NCBI GenBank assembly: GCA_964579725.1
Contig: CAZOHG010000001.1
Span: forward strand, 76,704-140,703
Direction of reading: 5' to 3'
Length of the DNA stretch: 64,000 nt
Source of the DNA: an uncultured Deferribacteres bacterium
GTDB taxonomy: Bacteria; Zhuqueibacterota; JdFR-76; BMS3Abin05
The notes under the pieces: model-generated
Databases searched by the model: none
What the model was told of the DNA's origin: nothing
The model's input: the letters and a program-made list of their open reading frames with translations, nothing else
Translations under genes and position numbers: made by a program
Shown: positions 19,689 to 29,478 of the stretch, piece by piece
Position numbering within the stretch: position 1 is the first letter of the stretch
Layout of the letters: every line of letters starts with the position of its first letter

Positions 19689-19704
19689 AGGCATAGAATT
19701 TGTT
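19689..19704 (+). promoter_or_regulatory. sigma54-like -24/-12 element
   Basis: AGGCATAGAATTTGTT (GG-N10-GT), 47 nt upstream of the ATG at 19751. Confidence 0.4.
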
Positions 19705-19750
19705 GTCTTTCTTGTGAAAAATTTTCAAACCAAAAACGGAGGTGCCCAAA

Positions 19751-21049
19751 ATGCGAAATTTTTCAAAAATTGTTTTACTTGCAGCCATTGTGTCATTTCT
19801 GACCACCAGTGCTTTTGCTAACGGTCAAAGAAAGTTCGGCGTCGGCCTTGACGGCGGCTTCCAGCGTGTGCAGGGAGGGTCCCCAATCAATTATTTTAGC
19901 GCCGTGTACGGAATTTACGGCGTGTACAATTTAAGCCCCAAGTACAGCATTCATCTGCGGGCAAGTTACGGCAAATTGGAGAGCAACAATCACGGCTATT
20001 TCTGGTCGTCCTTAACCCCGGTTGAGGCTTTCTTTTCCTACAAATTGGGTCAATTTTTTCACGGGAAGGTAGAACCAGCGCTCCACTTCGGCGTGGCCGC
20101 TATTCGTTTTACCAACAAAAATTACAACGGAGCCCACTATTACGACGGGGCTGTTTTTCCCGGTTTTAATCTCCAATATTACCCCATGCCCAATGTTTCC
20201 ATTTTGTTTTCGGCGGATTTGAAGGCGACGTCCTCCAAAAGCTTTGACAATGCTCCCAATCGAGATCTGTACGCAGTCATTCGCGGAGGGGTTACTTATT
20301 ACTGGATGAAATCCTCCGCCAAAAGACATTTTCGTCCCAAATACAGACGCCAGTCCACCACTCAGGTTGCCGCCAAACGACAATCAAGCGGGAAAGCTGG
20401 GGTTCAATCGACGAAGTCCAACGAAGACGCCTATTTGAAAATTGTCGAACTGAAATCCACCATTGACAATTTACAGCAACAATTGAAACAAAAAGATGCC
20501 CAGATCGACGAGCTAAAGGTTTTGTTAAATATTAAAAAGGAAAAAGTGGCTGTTTTGGAAAACAAAATCAAGGAACTCAAATCCAGTCCCTCCGCTCAAA
20601 CGCCAACGCAATACGCCGTTCGTTCAGGTAGGACGAACGCGGCGGCCTCAGGCGTTTCCGCAGTCCATTTCCGACGCACGTACAAAGAAGCCTTAAATGA
20701 TTTTCGAGCGCGTCGGTACACAGACGCCATTCAGAAGTTTTCAATTTTGGTGGCCACCAATCCCAACCATCCGTTGGCCAGCAATTGCCATTACTGGATC
20801 GGCGAAAGCTACTATGCCTTAAAAGACTACGCCAAAGCCAAAACCGCTTTTCAATCCGTTTTGGGATACGCCAAAACCTACAAGAAAGAGCCGGCTCTTC
20901 TTATGCTGGGACTGAGTTACCTGCGAATGGGCGATCGCCAAAAAGCAGCGGAGGAGTTTCGCACACTTTCCAAATTAAGTCCTAACTCCCACTACGGTAA
21001 AATTGCCCGGCGCTATTTGAGCAAGTTGGAACGTGAAACCATTTCGTAA
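19751..21049 (+). CDS. outer-membrane beta-barrel, coiled coil and CpoB/YbgF-like TPR fusion
   Basis: Signal peptide (SAFA), barrel ending GGVTYYW, heptad region, NHPLASNCHYWIGESYY..ALLMLG TPRs; GGAGGT RBS. Confidence 0.8.
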   Translation: MRNFSKIVLLAAIVSFLTTSAFANGQRKFGVGLDGGFQRVQGGSPINYFSAVYGIYGVYNLSPKYSIHLRASYGKLESNNHGYFWSSLTPVEAFFSYKLGQFFHGKVEPALHFGVAAIRFTNKNYNGAHYYDGAVFPGFNLQYYPMPNVSILFSADLKATSSKSFDNAPNRDLYAVIRGGVTYYWMKSSAKRHFRPKYRRQSTTQVAAKRQSSGKAGVQSTKSNEDAYLKIVELKSTIDNLQQQLKQKDAQIDELKVLLNIKKEKVAVLENKIKELKSSPSAQTPTQYAVRSGRTNAAASGVSAVHFRRTYKEALNDFRARRYTDAIQKFSILVATNPNHPLASNCHYWIGESYYALKDYAKAKTAFQSVLGYAKTYKKEPALLMLGLSYLRMGDRQKAAEEFRTLSKLSPNSHYGKIARRYLSKLERETIS

Positions 21050-21088
21050 CTCTTTTCAAACGGGGGACTTTCCTTTGTGCACCTCCTG

Positions 21089-21130
21089 AAACAAAAAAGC
21101 CTGCTGAAAAAACAGCAGGCTTTTTTGTTT
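21089..21130. terminator. bidirectional intrinsic terminator
   Basis: Perfect 18-bp inverted repeat AAACAAAAAAGCCTGCTG/CAGCAGGCTTTTTTGTTT between convergent genes. Confidence 0.9.
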
Positions 21131-21147
21131 GTCCGAATAAAACGAGC

Positions 21148-22452
21148 TTAAAATTCCAGCTTGTCGCGAAAATACTCTCGCAATTTCGCCGAAGCCACCC
21201 GCACCTGTGCCATTGAATCCCGCTCGCGTACCGTAACGGTCTGATCTTGCAAGGTTTGGGAATCTACCGTCACACAAAACGGCGTCCCGATTTCATCCTG
21301 ACGCCGGTAGCGTCTGCCAATGGCACCGCTTACATCATAGAAAACCTTGTATTTCTTGCGCAAGTCGGCGGCAATTTTCAGCGCAACTTCCGGCATTCCG
21401 TCTTTTTTAACCAGCGGAAAAACAGCCACTTTTACGGGCGAAATTTTAGGATTCATCTTCAAAACTACCCGTGTTTCACCCTTAATCTCTTCTTCGCGGT
21501 AGGCATCTGCCAAAACGGTTAACAGGGTTCGATCCACACCGGCGGAGGTTTCGATGACGTACGGAATGTACCGTTCGTGGGTTTGATCATCGAAATAGGT
21601 TAAATCCTTCCCCGAAAACTGCTGGTGGCGGCTCAGGTCAAAATCCGTACGGTTGTGAATTCCTTCCAATTCCTTCCAGCCGAACGGAAATTCGTATTCA
21701 ATGTCAAACGCCGCTTTGGCGTAGTGCGCCAATTCATCGGGTCCGTGTTGGTGAAAACGAAGTTTTTGGGGTCGAATACCCAACTCGCCGTACCAGGCCA
21801 TTCGCGTGGCTTTCCATTTCTCAAAAAATTCTTCGTCCGTTCCCGGTTTAACAAAATACTGCATTTCCATCTGTTCAAATTCACGGGTTCGGAAAATAAA
21901 ATTCCCGGGGGTAATTTCGTTGCGGAATGCCTTTCCGATTTGAGCAATACCAAAAGGAATCTTCTGACGGGAGGATTTCTGCACATTTAAAAAATTGACG
22001 TAAATACCTTGCGCCGTTTCCGGACGCAGGTAAATGGTGTTTGTCTCATCTTCTACCGGTCCCATGAAGGTTTTGAACATCAGATTAAATTGTCGCGCTT
22101 CGGTCAGTTCCCCGCCGCAAACCGGGCAGCGATCGCCTTCGATTTCGTCCGCCCGAAACCGCCGCTTGCACTGCTTGCAATCGACCATCGGATCGGTAAA
22201 GCTTTCCACATGTCCCGAGGCCTCCCAAACCTTTGGGTGCATAATAATGCTGGCGTCCAGACCCTCGATGTCATTTCGCCAAAAAACCATAGAGCGCCAC
22301 CAAAACTCTTTAATATTGCGTTTCAGTTCCACGCCCACAGGCCCGTAGTCCCAGCAACTGTTAATACCGCCGTAAATTTCACTGGATTGAAACACAATGC
22401 CCCGGCGTTTGCTCAGGGAAACCAACTTGTCCATGATCGTCTTTTTGGCCAT
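21148..22452 (-). CDS. glyQS: glycine--tRNA ligase, homodimeric (alpha2) type
   Basis: [49 protein letters not shown]. Confidence 0.97.
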   Translation of the reverse strand: MAKKTIMDKLVSLSKRRGIVFQSSEIYGGINSCWDYGPVGVELKRNIKEFWWRSMVFWRNDIEGLDASIIMHPKVWEASGHVESFTDPMVDCKQCKRRFRADEIEGDRCPVCGGELTEARQFNLMFKTFMGPVEDETNTIYLRPETAQGIYVNFLNVQKSSRQKIPFGIAQIGKAFRNEITPGNFIFRTREFEQMEMQYFVKPGTDEEFFEKWKATRMAWYGELGIRPQKLRFHQHGPDELAHYAKAAFDIEYEFPFGWKELEGIHNRTDFDLSRHQQFSGKDLTYFDDQTHERYIPYVIETSAGVDRTLLTVLADAYREEEIKGETRVVLKMNPKISPVKVAVFPLVKKDGMPEVALKIAADLRKKYKVFYDVSGAIGRRYRRQDEIGTPFCVTVDSQTLQDQTVTVRERDSMAQVRVASAKLREYFRDKLEF

Positions 22453-22471
22453 ACCAGAAAAACCTCCGCGC

Positions 22472-23227
22472 CTAATTCGTCACTTTCTTTAAAAAATCGA
22501 CGGCGTGAATCGTTGTTAAGCCGTCAAAATGATATCGCAAATAATACAACAAAAATTGGTCAATTTCAACCGCAATCTGCGGCGGTACCTCAATTTTCGA
22601 CAGGTCACTCCAGAACGAATCGCGGAGAGCTTGCAATCGCTTCAAAGCCGCAACCGAAAACCGGTACCCATTCCGCGAGACGGCGCATTTTTCGCAGTGA
22701 AACGCCCCTCGGGCAATGTCGAAATAGACCCGTCGCCCCACAGGTTCTTGACCACAAACTGAACACCGACGGAGCCGCGGCTTAAATCCGCTTATTTCCA
22801 GAAAGCGGATGAGAAAGGCCCTGAAATAATTGGAAAAAGCAGGACTCCGGTCAATTCCTTCCAACGCCGCAACAAGGGCCGCAAAAAGGCGTCCGTTGGC
22901 TTCGCCGACCAGTTGTGTGCGGTAAATGATCTCTGCCAAACTACTGGCCGTAGCAAATCGGGACAAATCCGACCGTATGTTGGAAAAGGGGCGCACAAAT
23001 TCGGCGTTGGAGAGGAGCTGAAGTTCCCGTGTTTCTTTGAAATAATAGACGAGATTCAGGTAATTTAAAGAATCCAGTACGGCGCCGAATTTGCTTTTGG
23101 ACGACCGAACCCCTTTGGCCATTAATTGAACGCGCCCGAATTTTTTGGTGTAAACCGAAAGGATTTTGCTGGTTTCGCGAAAATCCTGGGTTTTCAGCAC
23201 CACAGCTTCTGTCTTTAAAATCGACAT
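22472..23227 (-). CDS. recO: DNA repair protein RecO
   Basis: N-terminal OB fold (ETSKI..AKGVR) and CxxC..CxxC zinc finger. Confidence 0.93.
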   Translation of the reverse strand: MSILKTEAVVLKTQDFRETSKILSVYTKKFGRVQLMAKGVRSSKSKFGAVLDSLNYLNLVYYFKETRELQLLSNAEFVRPFSNIRSDLSRFATASSLAEIIYRTQLVGEANGRLFAALVAALEGIDRSPAFSNYFRAFLIRFLEISGFKPRLRRCSVCGQEPVGRRVYFDIARGAFHCEKCAVSRNGYRFSVAALKRLQALRDSFWSDLSKIEVPPQIAVEIDQFLLYYLRYHFDGLTTIHAVDFLKKVTN

Positions 23228-23232
23228 TCAAA

Positions 23233-24630
23233 TTACAGAAATTTTAAAAAGATCGTCACCATCGAGAAATAGATCAGCAATCCAAAAATGTCGTTGGATG
23301 TGGTAATAAACGGGCTTGTGGCAACGGCCGGATCGATCCCGATTTTTTTCAGCAGAAAAGGAATCAGCGCTCCCAAAAAGGCGGCATTTTCAATGACCAC
23401 GATCATCGAAATGGCAATCATGAGACCCAATTTGGGATCGTGAAGCCAGAGAGCGGAGATGGTGAAAACCAGTGTGCCCAAAAAAAGACCATTGAGCAGC
23501 GCGACCAGAAATTCGTGTGCCAAACGCCGTCGGGTGTCCACCAAGGCGATCTCCCCCGTTGCCAAGCCGCGGATCACCACCACGGCCGCCTGATTGCCCA
23601 CATTCCCCCCGACGGCCATAATCAGCGGCACAAAAAAAACCACTGAAATCAACTGCGCAATGGAAGTCTGAAACCGACTCATTAAATAACCGGAAATAAT
23701 TTCTCCCCCAAAGGCCACCAAAAGCCAGGGCAGGCGCGAGCGGCTCACTTTGAAGGGTGAGGTCTCCGGAATGTCCGTCTCCGTAATACCGGCCATCATG
23801 GTGATGTCCTCGGAGGCCTCTTCTTCCATGACGTCTATGACGTCGTCAATAGTAATTCGCCCCACAAGCCGGCCTTCCGAATCCACCACCGGAACCGAAA
23901 CCAGATCGTATTTTTTAACGATTTTAGCCACTTCTTCCTGATCCATGTCCGTGTAGACAGTCACAATATCGGTGTCCATGACATCCTTCACGCGGGAGCC
24001 CGGACGCGCCAAAATCAGATTTTTCAACGGGATTTCCCCCACCAATCGTCCCGCTTCGTCCACGGCGTAGACGTTGTACACATCCTCAACCTCTTCGGCC
24101 TTTTTCCGGATTTCCTGAATAGCTTCGTCCACCGTGTCGTTCTGGTTAACCGCCACAAATTCTTTGGCCATCAGGCCGCCGGCGGTTTCGCTGTGGTGGG
24201 ACAAAAGCTCTTCAACCTCCAGCCGGTCTTCCTCGCTGATGTTGGAAAGCACATTTTCCGCCACCTGCTCCGGAAGCTCGGAAATAATGTCCGTGGCATC
24301 ATCGGAATCCATTTCCGTCAACACCTCCGAAATCTCTTTCGGATTGAGATCGGACAGAATTTCGTCAATGACCGGCTGGTCTAATTCCGTCAACACCTCC
24401 GACGCCACATCCTTGGGCAAAATTTGAAACAGGTAATGCCGCTCTTCCTCGGACAAATACCGCATGATTTCGGCAATATCGGCCGGATGCAGATTGACCA
24501 AAATATTTCGAATAAAGGAATCCGCCTTTTGCTCAATGAGCTCACGAAGGTCTTCGAGCGTTTCCTTCAATGTCTCTTCATTCAGAATCGGTTCGTGTTT
24601 GGCGACAGACTGTTCGACAGTTTCACCCAT
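23233..24630 (-). CDS. mgtE: magnesium transporter MgtE
   Basis: HPADIA, CBS pair, RLPWL, GGNVGNQ, IDPAVATSPFITT. Confidence 0.96.
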   Translation of the reverse strand: MGETVEQSVAKHEPILNEETLKETLEDLRELIEQKADSFIRNILVNLHPADIAEIMRYLSEEERHYLFQILPKDVASEVLTELDQPVIDEILSDLNPKEISEVLTEMDSDDATDIISELPEQVAENVLSNISEEDRLEVEELLSHHSETAGGLMAKEFVAVNQNDTVDEAIQEIRKKAEEVEDVYNVYAVDEAGRLVGEIPLKNLILARPGSRVKDVMDTDIVTVYTDMDQEEVAKIVKKYDLVSVPVVDSEGRLVGRITIDDVIDVMEEEASEDITMMAGITETDIPETSPFKVSRSRLPWLLVAFGGEIISGYLMSRFQTSIAQLISVVFFVPLIMAVGGNVGNQAAVVVIRGLATGEIALVDTRRRLAHEFLVALLNGLFLGTLVFTISALWLHDPKLGLMIAISMIVVIENAAFLGALIPFLLKKIGIDPAVATSPFITTSNDIFGLLIYFSMVTIFLKFL

Positions 24631-25391
24631 TCCTGAATTGTGACCTCCTCTGCGCGTCGATCGAAATTAAACGCCAATCTTTCCTGTTCTTCCGGCGAAA
24701 TCAGCGACCGGAGAGCGTTGCGCAAAAGCTTCCGGCGTTGTTGAAAAGCGGTTTTGATTAAGTGTAAATAGTAGACGTCGTTTTTTAAATTTGGTTCCCC
24801 TTGCCGCCAAAATAGCTGCACTACGGCCGATTCCACCCGGGGGCGGGGCCGAAAAACCGACGCAGGAACGCGAAACAGCAGCTTCACCTCGGCAAAGGTC
24901 TGCGTCCAGACAGAAAGAATGCCGTAGTTTTTGGTGCGCGGCACCCCAACCAGCCGTTCCGCTACTTCCAACTGCATCATGAGCGTTGCAGACCGCACCC
25001 ATTTTCGCTCGCTCACCAGTTTGAACAGAACGGGACTGGTAATGCCGTAGGGCAAATTGCCAACGACGTGACCGGCGTTGGGCAAAATTTCTTGAAGCGA
25101 CTGACGGAGAAAATCGCCGTGAATTAAAGAAAAATTTTGGCGTGTTCCGAATCGCTGTACCAAATAGTCGGCGTAGAAATCATCCAATTCCACAACCGCA
25201 AGGCGAAAACCTTTTTCAAGCAGGTGCTCGGTTAGGATTCCCTTTCCGGGGCCAATTTCCAGCACAGCCTCTCCAGGCTCTGCCGGAACGGCTTCCACGA
25301 CCTTCCTCGCAATATTATGGTCAATGAGAAAATTTTGCCCCAGACTTTTTTTGGCTTCCGGAAACGGAGACTCGATTTTATTTGGGCGCAT
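24582..25391 (-). CDS. rsmA: 16S rRNA A1518/A1519 dimethyltransferase
   Basis: KKSLGQNFL, EIGPGKG, GNLPYGI, QLEVAER, RRKLLRN. Confidence 0.96.
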   Translation of the reverse strand: MRPNKIESPFPEAKKSLGQNFLIDHNIARKVVEAVPAEPGEAVLEIGPGKGILTEHLLEKGFRLAVVELDDFYADYLVQRFGTRQNFSLIHGDFLRQSLQEILPNAGHVVGNLPYGITSPVLFKLVSERKWVRSATLMMQLEVAERLVGVPRTKNYGILSVWTQTFAEVKLLFRVPASVFRPRPRVESAVVQLFWRQGEPNLKNDVYYLHLIKTAFQQRRKLLRNALRSLISPEEQERLAFNFDRRAEEVTIQEWVKLSNSLSPNTNRF

Positions 25392-26157
25392 TCATCAACT
25401 TTGGGAACAGGCGCAGGGCGTTTTCCGTCGTAATCTCTTCAATTTCCCGAACGGAAAGCCCTTTCACCCGCGCAAATTCCTCGGCAATCAAGTGAACGTA
25501 GGCCGGTTCGTTTCGTTTCCCCCGGTGGGGCACCGGCGCCAGAAAAGGAGAGTCTGTTTCGAGAAGCAGCCGGTCGAGCGGAAGCTCTCGAAGGACATCC
25601 CGAATATTTGAATTTTTAAATGTGACGATTCCGGTAAAGGAAATGTAGTAGCCCAGATCCAACGCCTTTTGGGCGGTAGCCAGATCACTGGAAAAACAGT
25701 GAAACACCCCGATTACCTCGGAAAATTCCGGCCTGGAAAGCACGTCCAAAATAATGTTATCGGCCTCGCGGTTGTGAATAATGACCGGCAACTGAACCTC
25801 TCTGGCCAGCTCGACGAATCGCTCCAACACGGCCACCTGCCGTTCGCGGGGATTGTAATCGCGGTAAAAATCAAGCCCTAATTCACCGATAGCTACAACC
25901 TTGGGGTGTGCCGCCCACCTCTTAAAGTGAGGAATCTGCTCTTCCACAAATTTTTCCGCGTCTTGCGGGTGTACCCCAACCGCTGCGTACAGCGGCGCAA
26001 ACCGTTCGGCCAATTCGACAGCCCGTTGGCTACTTTCAAAATCGACCGATGCCACAACAATTTTTTCCACCCCAACACTAACTGCTCGCCGAATCACAGC
26101 CTCCCGATCGGCGTCAAAGGTCTCAAAATTCAAGTGGGAATGGGTGTCAATCAGCAT
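25378..26157 (-). CDS. tatD: TatD family hydrolase
   Basis: DTHSH, GVHP, GELGLD, IHNR, HCFS, ETDSP. Confidence 0.94.
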   Translation of the reverse strand: MLIDTHSHLNFETFDADREAVIRRAVSVGVEKIVVASVDFESSQRAVELAERFAPLYAAVGVHPQDAEKFVEEQIPHFKRWAAHPKVVAIGELGLDFYRDYNPRERQVAVLERFVELAREVQLPVIIHNREADNIILDVLSRPEFSEVIGVFHCFSSDLATAQKALDLGYYISFTGIVTFKNSNIRDVLRELPLDRLLLETDSPFLAPVPHRGKRNEPAYVHLIAEEFARVKGLSVREIEEITTENALRLFPKLMNAPK

Positions 26158-28268
26158 TATTTGATTTTTGCCCCGGGCTCAATGTCCTTGTCCACAGTCA
26201 GGACGGAAATGTAATCGCCGGAAGAAGCAGCCAGCAACATGCCGTTGGATTCAACTCCTCGAATAACGGCCGGCTCCAGATTGGCGACCACAATAATATT
26301 TTTCCCCACAAGGGTTTCGGGTGGGTAAGCTTTGGCAATACCGGCCACAATTTGACGTACTTCGGTGCCCAGATCAATCTGAAGCTTTACCAGGCGGTCT
26401 GCCCCTTCCACAGCCTCTGCCGTGAGGACTTTCGCCACTCGCAAATCTATTTTCTGAAATTCTGTGATTGAAACGTGCTCCATTTTTCTATCCTTTTTTT
26501 CCTGTCGAACCGCTTTTTTCTTTGTGTTCTCCGCCGCCCGGGTCTGCTTTTGCAGAATGTGCCGCTCCGCCTGGGGCTTTCCCTGAGCAATAGCTTCGAG
26601 GCGTTTGACTTCTGCTTCGATGACGTCGTCCTCGATTTTCTTGAAAAGAATTCGGGCGTCCCCCAAACGATGCCCCGGCCGCAACACCAATTGCGCTGCG
26701 TCGTCCCACTGCTGGTCGGTTACGGCCCCGGGCAGATTAAGCATCCGCCAAATTTTTTCCGACGAGAAGGGTAAAATCGGGTGCCACAAAATGGCCAGCG
26801 CCCGGCTCAATTCCAGACAAAGGTAAAGGGTTGTCTTACATTTTTCGGGATTGGTTCGCCGCGTGTTCCAGGGTTCCTGATCATTAAAATATTTGTTGGC
26901 AAACCGCGACAAATCCATGAGTTCGCGAGTTGCCGCACGGACTTCGTATTTTCTCAGGAGATTTCCGATTCGATCGGGCGCCGCCTCCAACCGTTTCACC
27001 AATTCTTCGTCCAGCGAATCGAAGGCACCCGGAACCGGAACCCGCCCTCCGAAATAGCGCTCCACAAACGACAGGGTGCGATTAATAAAATTGCCCAGAA
27101 TGTCAGCCAGTTCGTTGTTGTTACGGCTTTGAAAATCGCGCCAAGAAAAATCCGCGTCCTTGGTTTCGGGAGCATTGGCCGCCAGCGTGTAGCGCAAGGG
27201 GTCCGGCGGGAATTTTGCCAGGTAGTCGTCCAGCCAAACGGCGTAGTTTTTACTGGTCGAGAGTTTTCGTCCTTCCAAATTCAAAAATTCATTGGCCGGA
27301 ATATCCTCCGGCAAAATGTATTCGCCCCTTCCCATGAGCATGGCGGGCCAAACAATGGCGTGGAAAACAATATTGTCTTTTCCGATGAAATGAATGAGTT
27401 TGGTCTCGGGGTCCAGCCAGTAATCTTTCCAACGTTCGGGCTGGCCGATTTTCTGGGCCCATTCCTTTGTGGACGAAATGTAACCGATCGGCGCCTCAAA
27501 CCACACGTAGAGCACTTTGCCTTCGTGATTCTTCAGGGGAACCGGCACGCCCCAATCTAGGTCCCGCGTCACGGCGCGGTCTTCCAATCCTTCCTCAAAC
27601 CAGCCGTAGCAGAAATTCTTCACATTATCCCGCCACGTGGTCTTGGAATCAATCCAGGCTTTCAGCTCCTTTTGAAAATGGGCCAGGGGTAAAAACCAAT
27701 GAGTGGTTTCCTTTAATTCCGGTGTGGTACCACAAATGGCACACCGCGGTGCCTCCAATTGAGTGGGTTCCAGCCAGTGGCCGCACTTTTCACACTGGTC
27801 ACCCCGCGCGTCCGGATTGCCACAGTAAGGGCAGGTACCCACCACGTAGCGATCGGCCAAAAAGCGTTTGCACTTGGGACAATAATACTGTTGCGTTGTG
27901 TGCGTTGTGAGGAGCTTTTTTCGGTACAGTCGCAGAAAAAATTCCTGAGCGGTGCGGTGGTGCAACTTCAGGGACGTGCGGGAAAAATTGTCAAAATGAA
28001 TGCCGAATTTTTCGAAATTCACCCGGTGGTTTTCGTGGTAAAAGTCGACGATTTCCTGCGGCGTCGTTTTTTGTTTTTCCGCAGCAATGGTAATGGGTAC
28101 CCCGTGTTCATCCGTACCGCAAATAAAAACAACGTCGTTTTTCTTTAACCGCTGGTACCGAACAAAAATATCCGCCGGCAAATAGGCTCCTGCCAAATGA
28201 CCGAGGTGAATCGGCCCGTTGGCGTAGGGCAAAGCACTCGTTACCAGAAATTTTTCCTTTTTTTTCAT
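26157..28268 (-). CDS. metG: methionine--tRNA ligase with C-terminal tRNA-binding domain
   Basis: ALPYANG, HLGH, zinc knuckles, KLSTS, C-terminal OB fold. Confidence 0.98.
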   Translation of the reverse strand: MKKKEKFLVTSALPYANGPIHLGHLAGAYLPADIFVRYQRLKKNDVVFICGTDEHGVPITIAAEKQKTTPQEIVDFYHENHRVNFEKFGIHFDNFSRTSLKLHHRTAQEFFLRLYRKKLLTTHTTQQYYCPKCKRFLADRYVVGTCPYCGNPDARGDQCEKCGHWLEPTQLEAPRCAICGTTPELKETTHWFLPLAHFQKELKAWIDSKTTWRDNVKNFCYGWFEEGLEDRAVTRDLDWGVPVPLKNHEGKVLYVWFEAPIGYISSTKEWAQKIGQPERWKDYWLDPETKLIHFIGKDNIVFHAIVWPAMLMGRGEYILPEDIPANEFLNLEGRKLSTSKNYAVWLDDYLAKFPPDPLRYTLAANAPETKDADFSWRDFQSRNNNELADILGNFINRTLSFVERYFGGRVPVPGAFDSLDEELVKRLEAAPDRIGNLLRKYEVRAATRELMDLSRFANKYFNDQEPWNTRRTNPEKCKTTLYLCLELSRALAILWHPILPFSSEKIWRMLNLPGAVTDQQWDDAAQLVLRPGHRLGDARILFKKIEDDVIEAEVKRLEAIAQGKPQAERHILQKQTRAAENTKKKAVRQEKKDRKMEHVSITEFQKIDLRVAKVLTAEAVEGADRLVKLQIDLGTEVRQIVAGIAKAYPPETLVGKNIIVVANLEPAVIRGVESNGMLLAASSGDYISVLTVDKDIEPGAKIK

Positions 28269-29134
28269 CGATTTGCTCGTCTCTTCTTTGAACCTTTTCT
28301 CTTTCCGCGTTTTTCACCGGGGTCTTGCAAAAGGAGATTTGAAATTTCGTCCATACTAAATCGAACCACTCCTTCCCCATTTAACTTGAGATAAATTTCT
28401 TCTTTAAGAATGTCAATCCGCTCAACAATTCCCACGCCTTCCGGCGTTTGGATTCGGCTGCCTACTCCGGGAAAACGTCGATTCGCCTGCTGGTAGAACT
28501 CCTGCTCAAAACGCAGGCAGCATTTCAAGCGTCCGCAGACCCCGGAAAGTTTGGTGGGATTGAGGGGCAAATTCTGTTCTTTGGCAAATTGGGTGGTAAT
28601 GGGGTCGAATTCCGTTAAAAAGCTGGTGCAACAGAGCTGCCGTCCGCAGGGGCCGTACCCACCTAATCGTCGGGCTTCATCCCGCACACCGATTTGTCGG
28701 AGTTCGATGCGGGTTCGGTAAACCGATGCCAAATCCTTAACCAGCTCCCGAAAATCCACCCGCCGCTCGGCGGTAAAGTAAAATGTCAATTTATTTCGGT
28801 CGTATTGGTACTCCACATCCACCAATTTCATATTCAATTTGTGTTTGACGATCTTCTCTTTACAAACGGAAAAGGCGTCCCGTTCCAAGGCGCGATTTTC
28901 CTCATAGCGCTTTAGGTCCTGGGCATTGGGCTTCCGCAGAATTTTCTTCAGTGCCTTTTCGTCTTCAATGCCCTTCAAAGAAGCCAAAATGCCCACCTGA
29001 AGAACCACACCTAAGTCTTCCCCTCTGTCCGCCTCTACAATGGCGTAATCTCCAATCCGGAAAGGAAACTGCAGAGGATTGCTGAAATATTCTTTTCGAT
29101 TCCCCTTAAAACCGATTTCAAGCACCAGTCCCAT
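28265..29134 (-). CDS. ricT: PSP1/RicT (YaaT) family Fe-S protein
   Basis: RVDFRELVKDLA, RIELRQIGVRD, CGRQLCC, CGRLKCCL. Confidence 0.92.
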   Translation of the reverse strand: MGLVLEIGFKGNRKEYFSNPLQFPFRIGDYAIVEADRGEDLGVVLQVGILASLKGIEDEKALKKILRKPNAQDLKRYEENRALERDAFSVCKEKIVKHKLNMKLVDVEYQYDRNKLTFYFTAERRVDFRELVKDLASVYRTRIELRQIGVRDEARRLGGYGPCGRQLCCTSFLTEFDPITTQFAKEQNLPLNPTKLSGVCGRLKCCLRFEQEFYQQANRRFPGVGSRIQTPEGVGIVERIDILKEEIYLKLNGEGVVRFSMDEISNLLLQDPGEKRGKRKGSKKRRANR

Positions 29135-29177
29135 CTATTCACACCTCGCTGAACAGTCAAAGCTTTTTTTCAGGATG

Positions 29178-29455
29178 GACTCGCTGCGAAGGGCAAAAAG
29201 GGCGGCTATTACACAAAAAAGAATCGGTTTCGGAGAAAATCTCTATGCCTGAAACTGTGAAAACACTCTTTCACGCGCGTCGCACCGCGACGATTGCTGT
29301 CACGCTTCAGGTTCCCCTGCTTTCCGTAAAAGCCTGTCGGCGATTTTCTCAGGAGAAAAAAGGAAGGTTTCGCGATTTCCAAAGCCCCGCGATCCTTCTC
29401 AACAGTAATAGTCAAAACCCCGCCGCTGACTGTTGCCCAGTCTTCGCAACGAGTC
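29178..29455 (-). ncRNA. candidate structured RNA (rod-like, unknown family)
   Basis: At least six nested long-range stems whose imperfect positions are G-U pairs on the minus strand. Confidence 0.5.
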
Positions 29456-29478
29456 AAAACTCAACCGCCACCGATGCC

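Noticed and set aside
29135-29478. T-box, SAM-I or SRP identity for the holB-ricT element
   Set aside because: There is no UGGNACC T-box bulge. AUC..GAG..GCAAC only loosely echoes SAM-I and lacks the AGAG and P3 pairing. CAGG-N11-AGCAG lacks the SRP GNRA-type tetraloop spacing.
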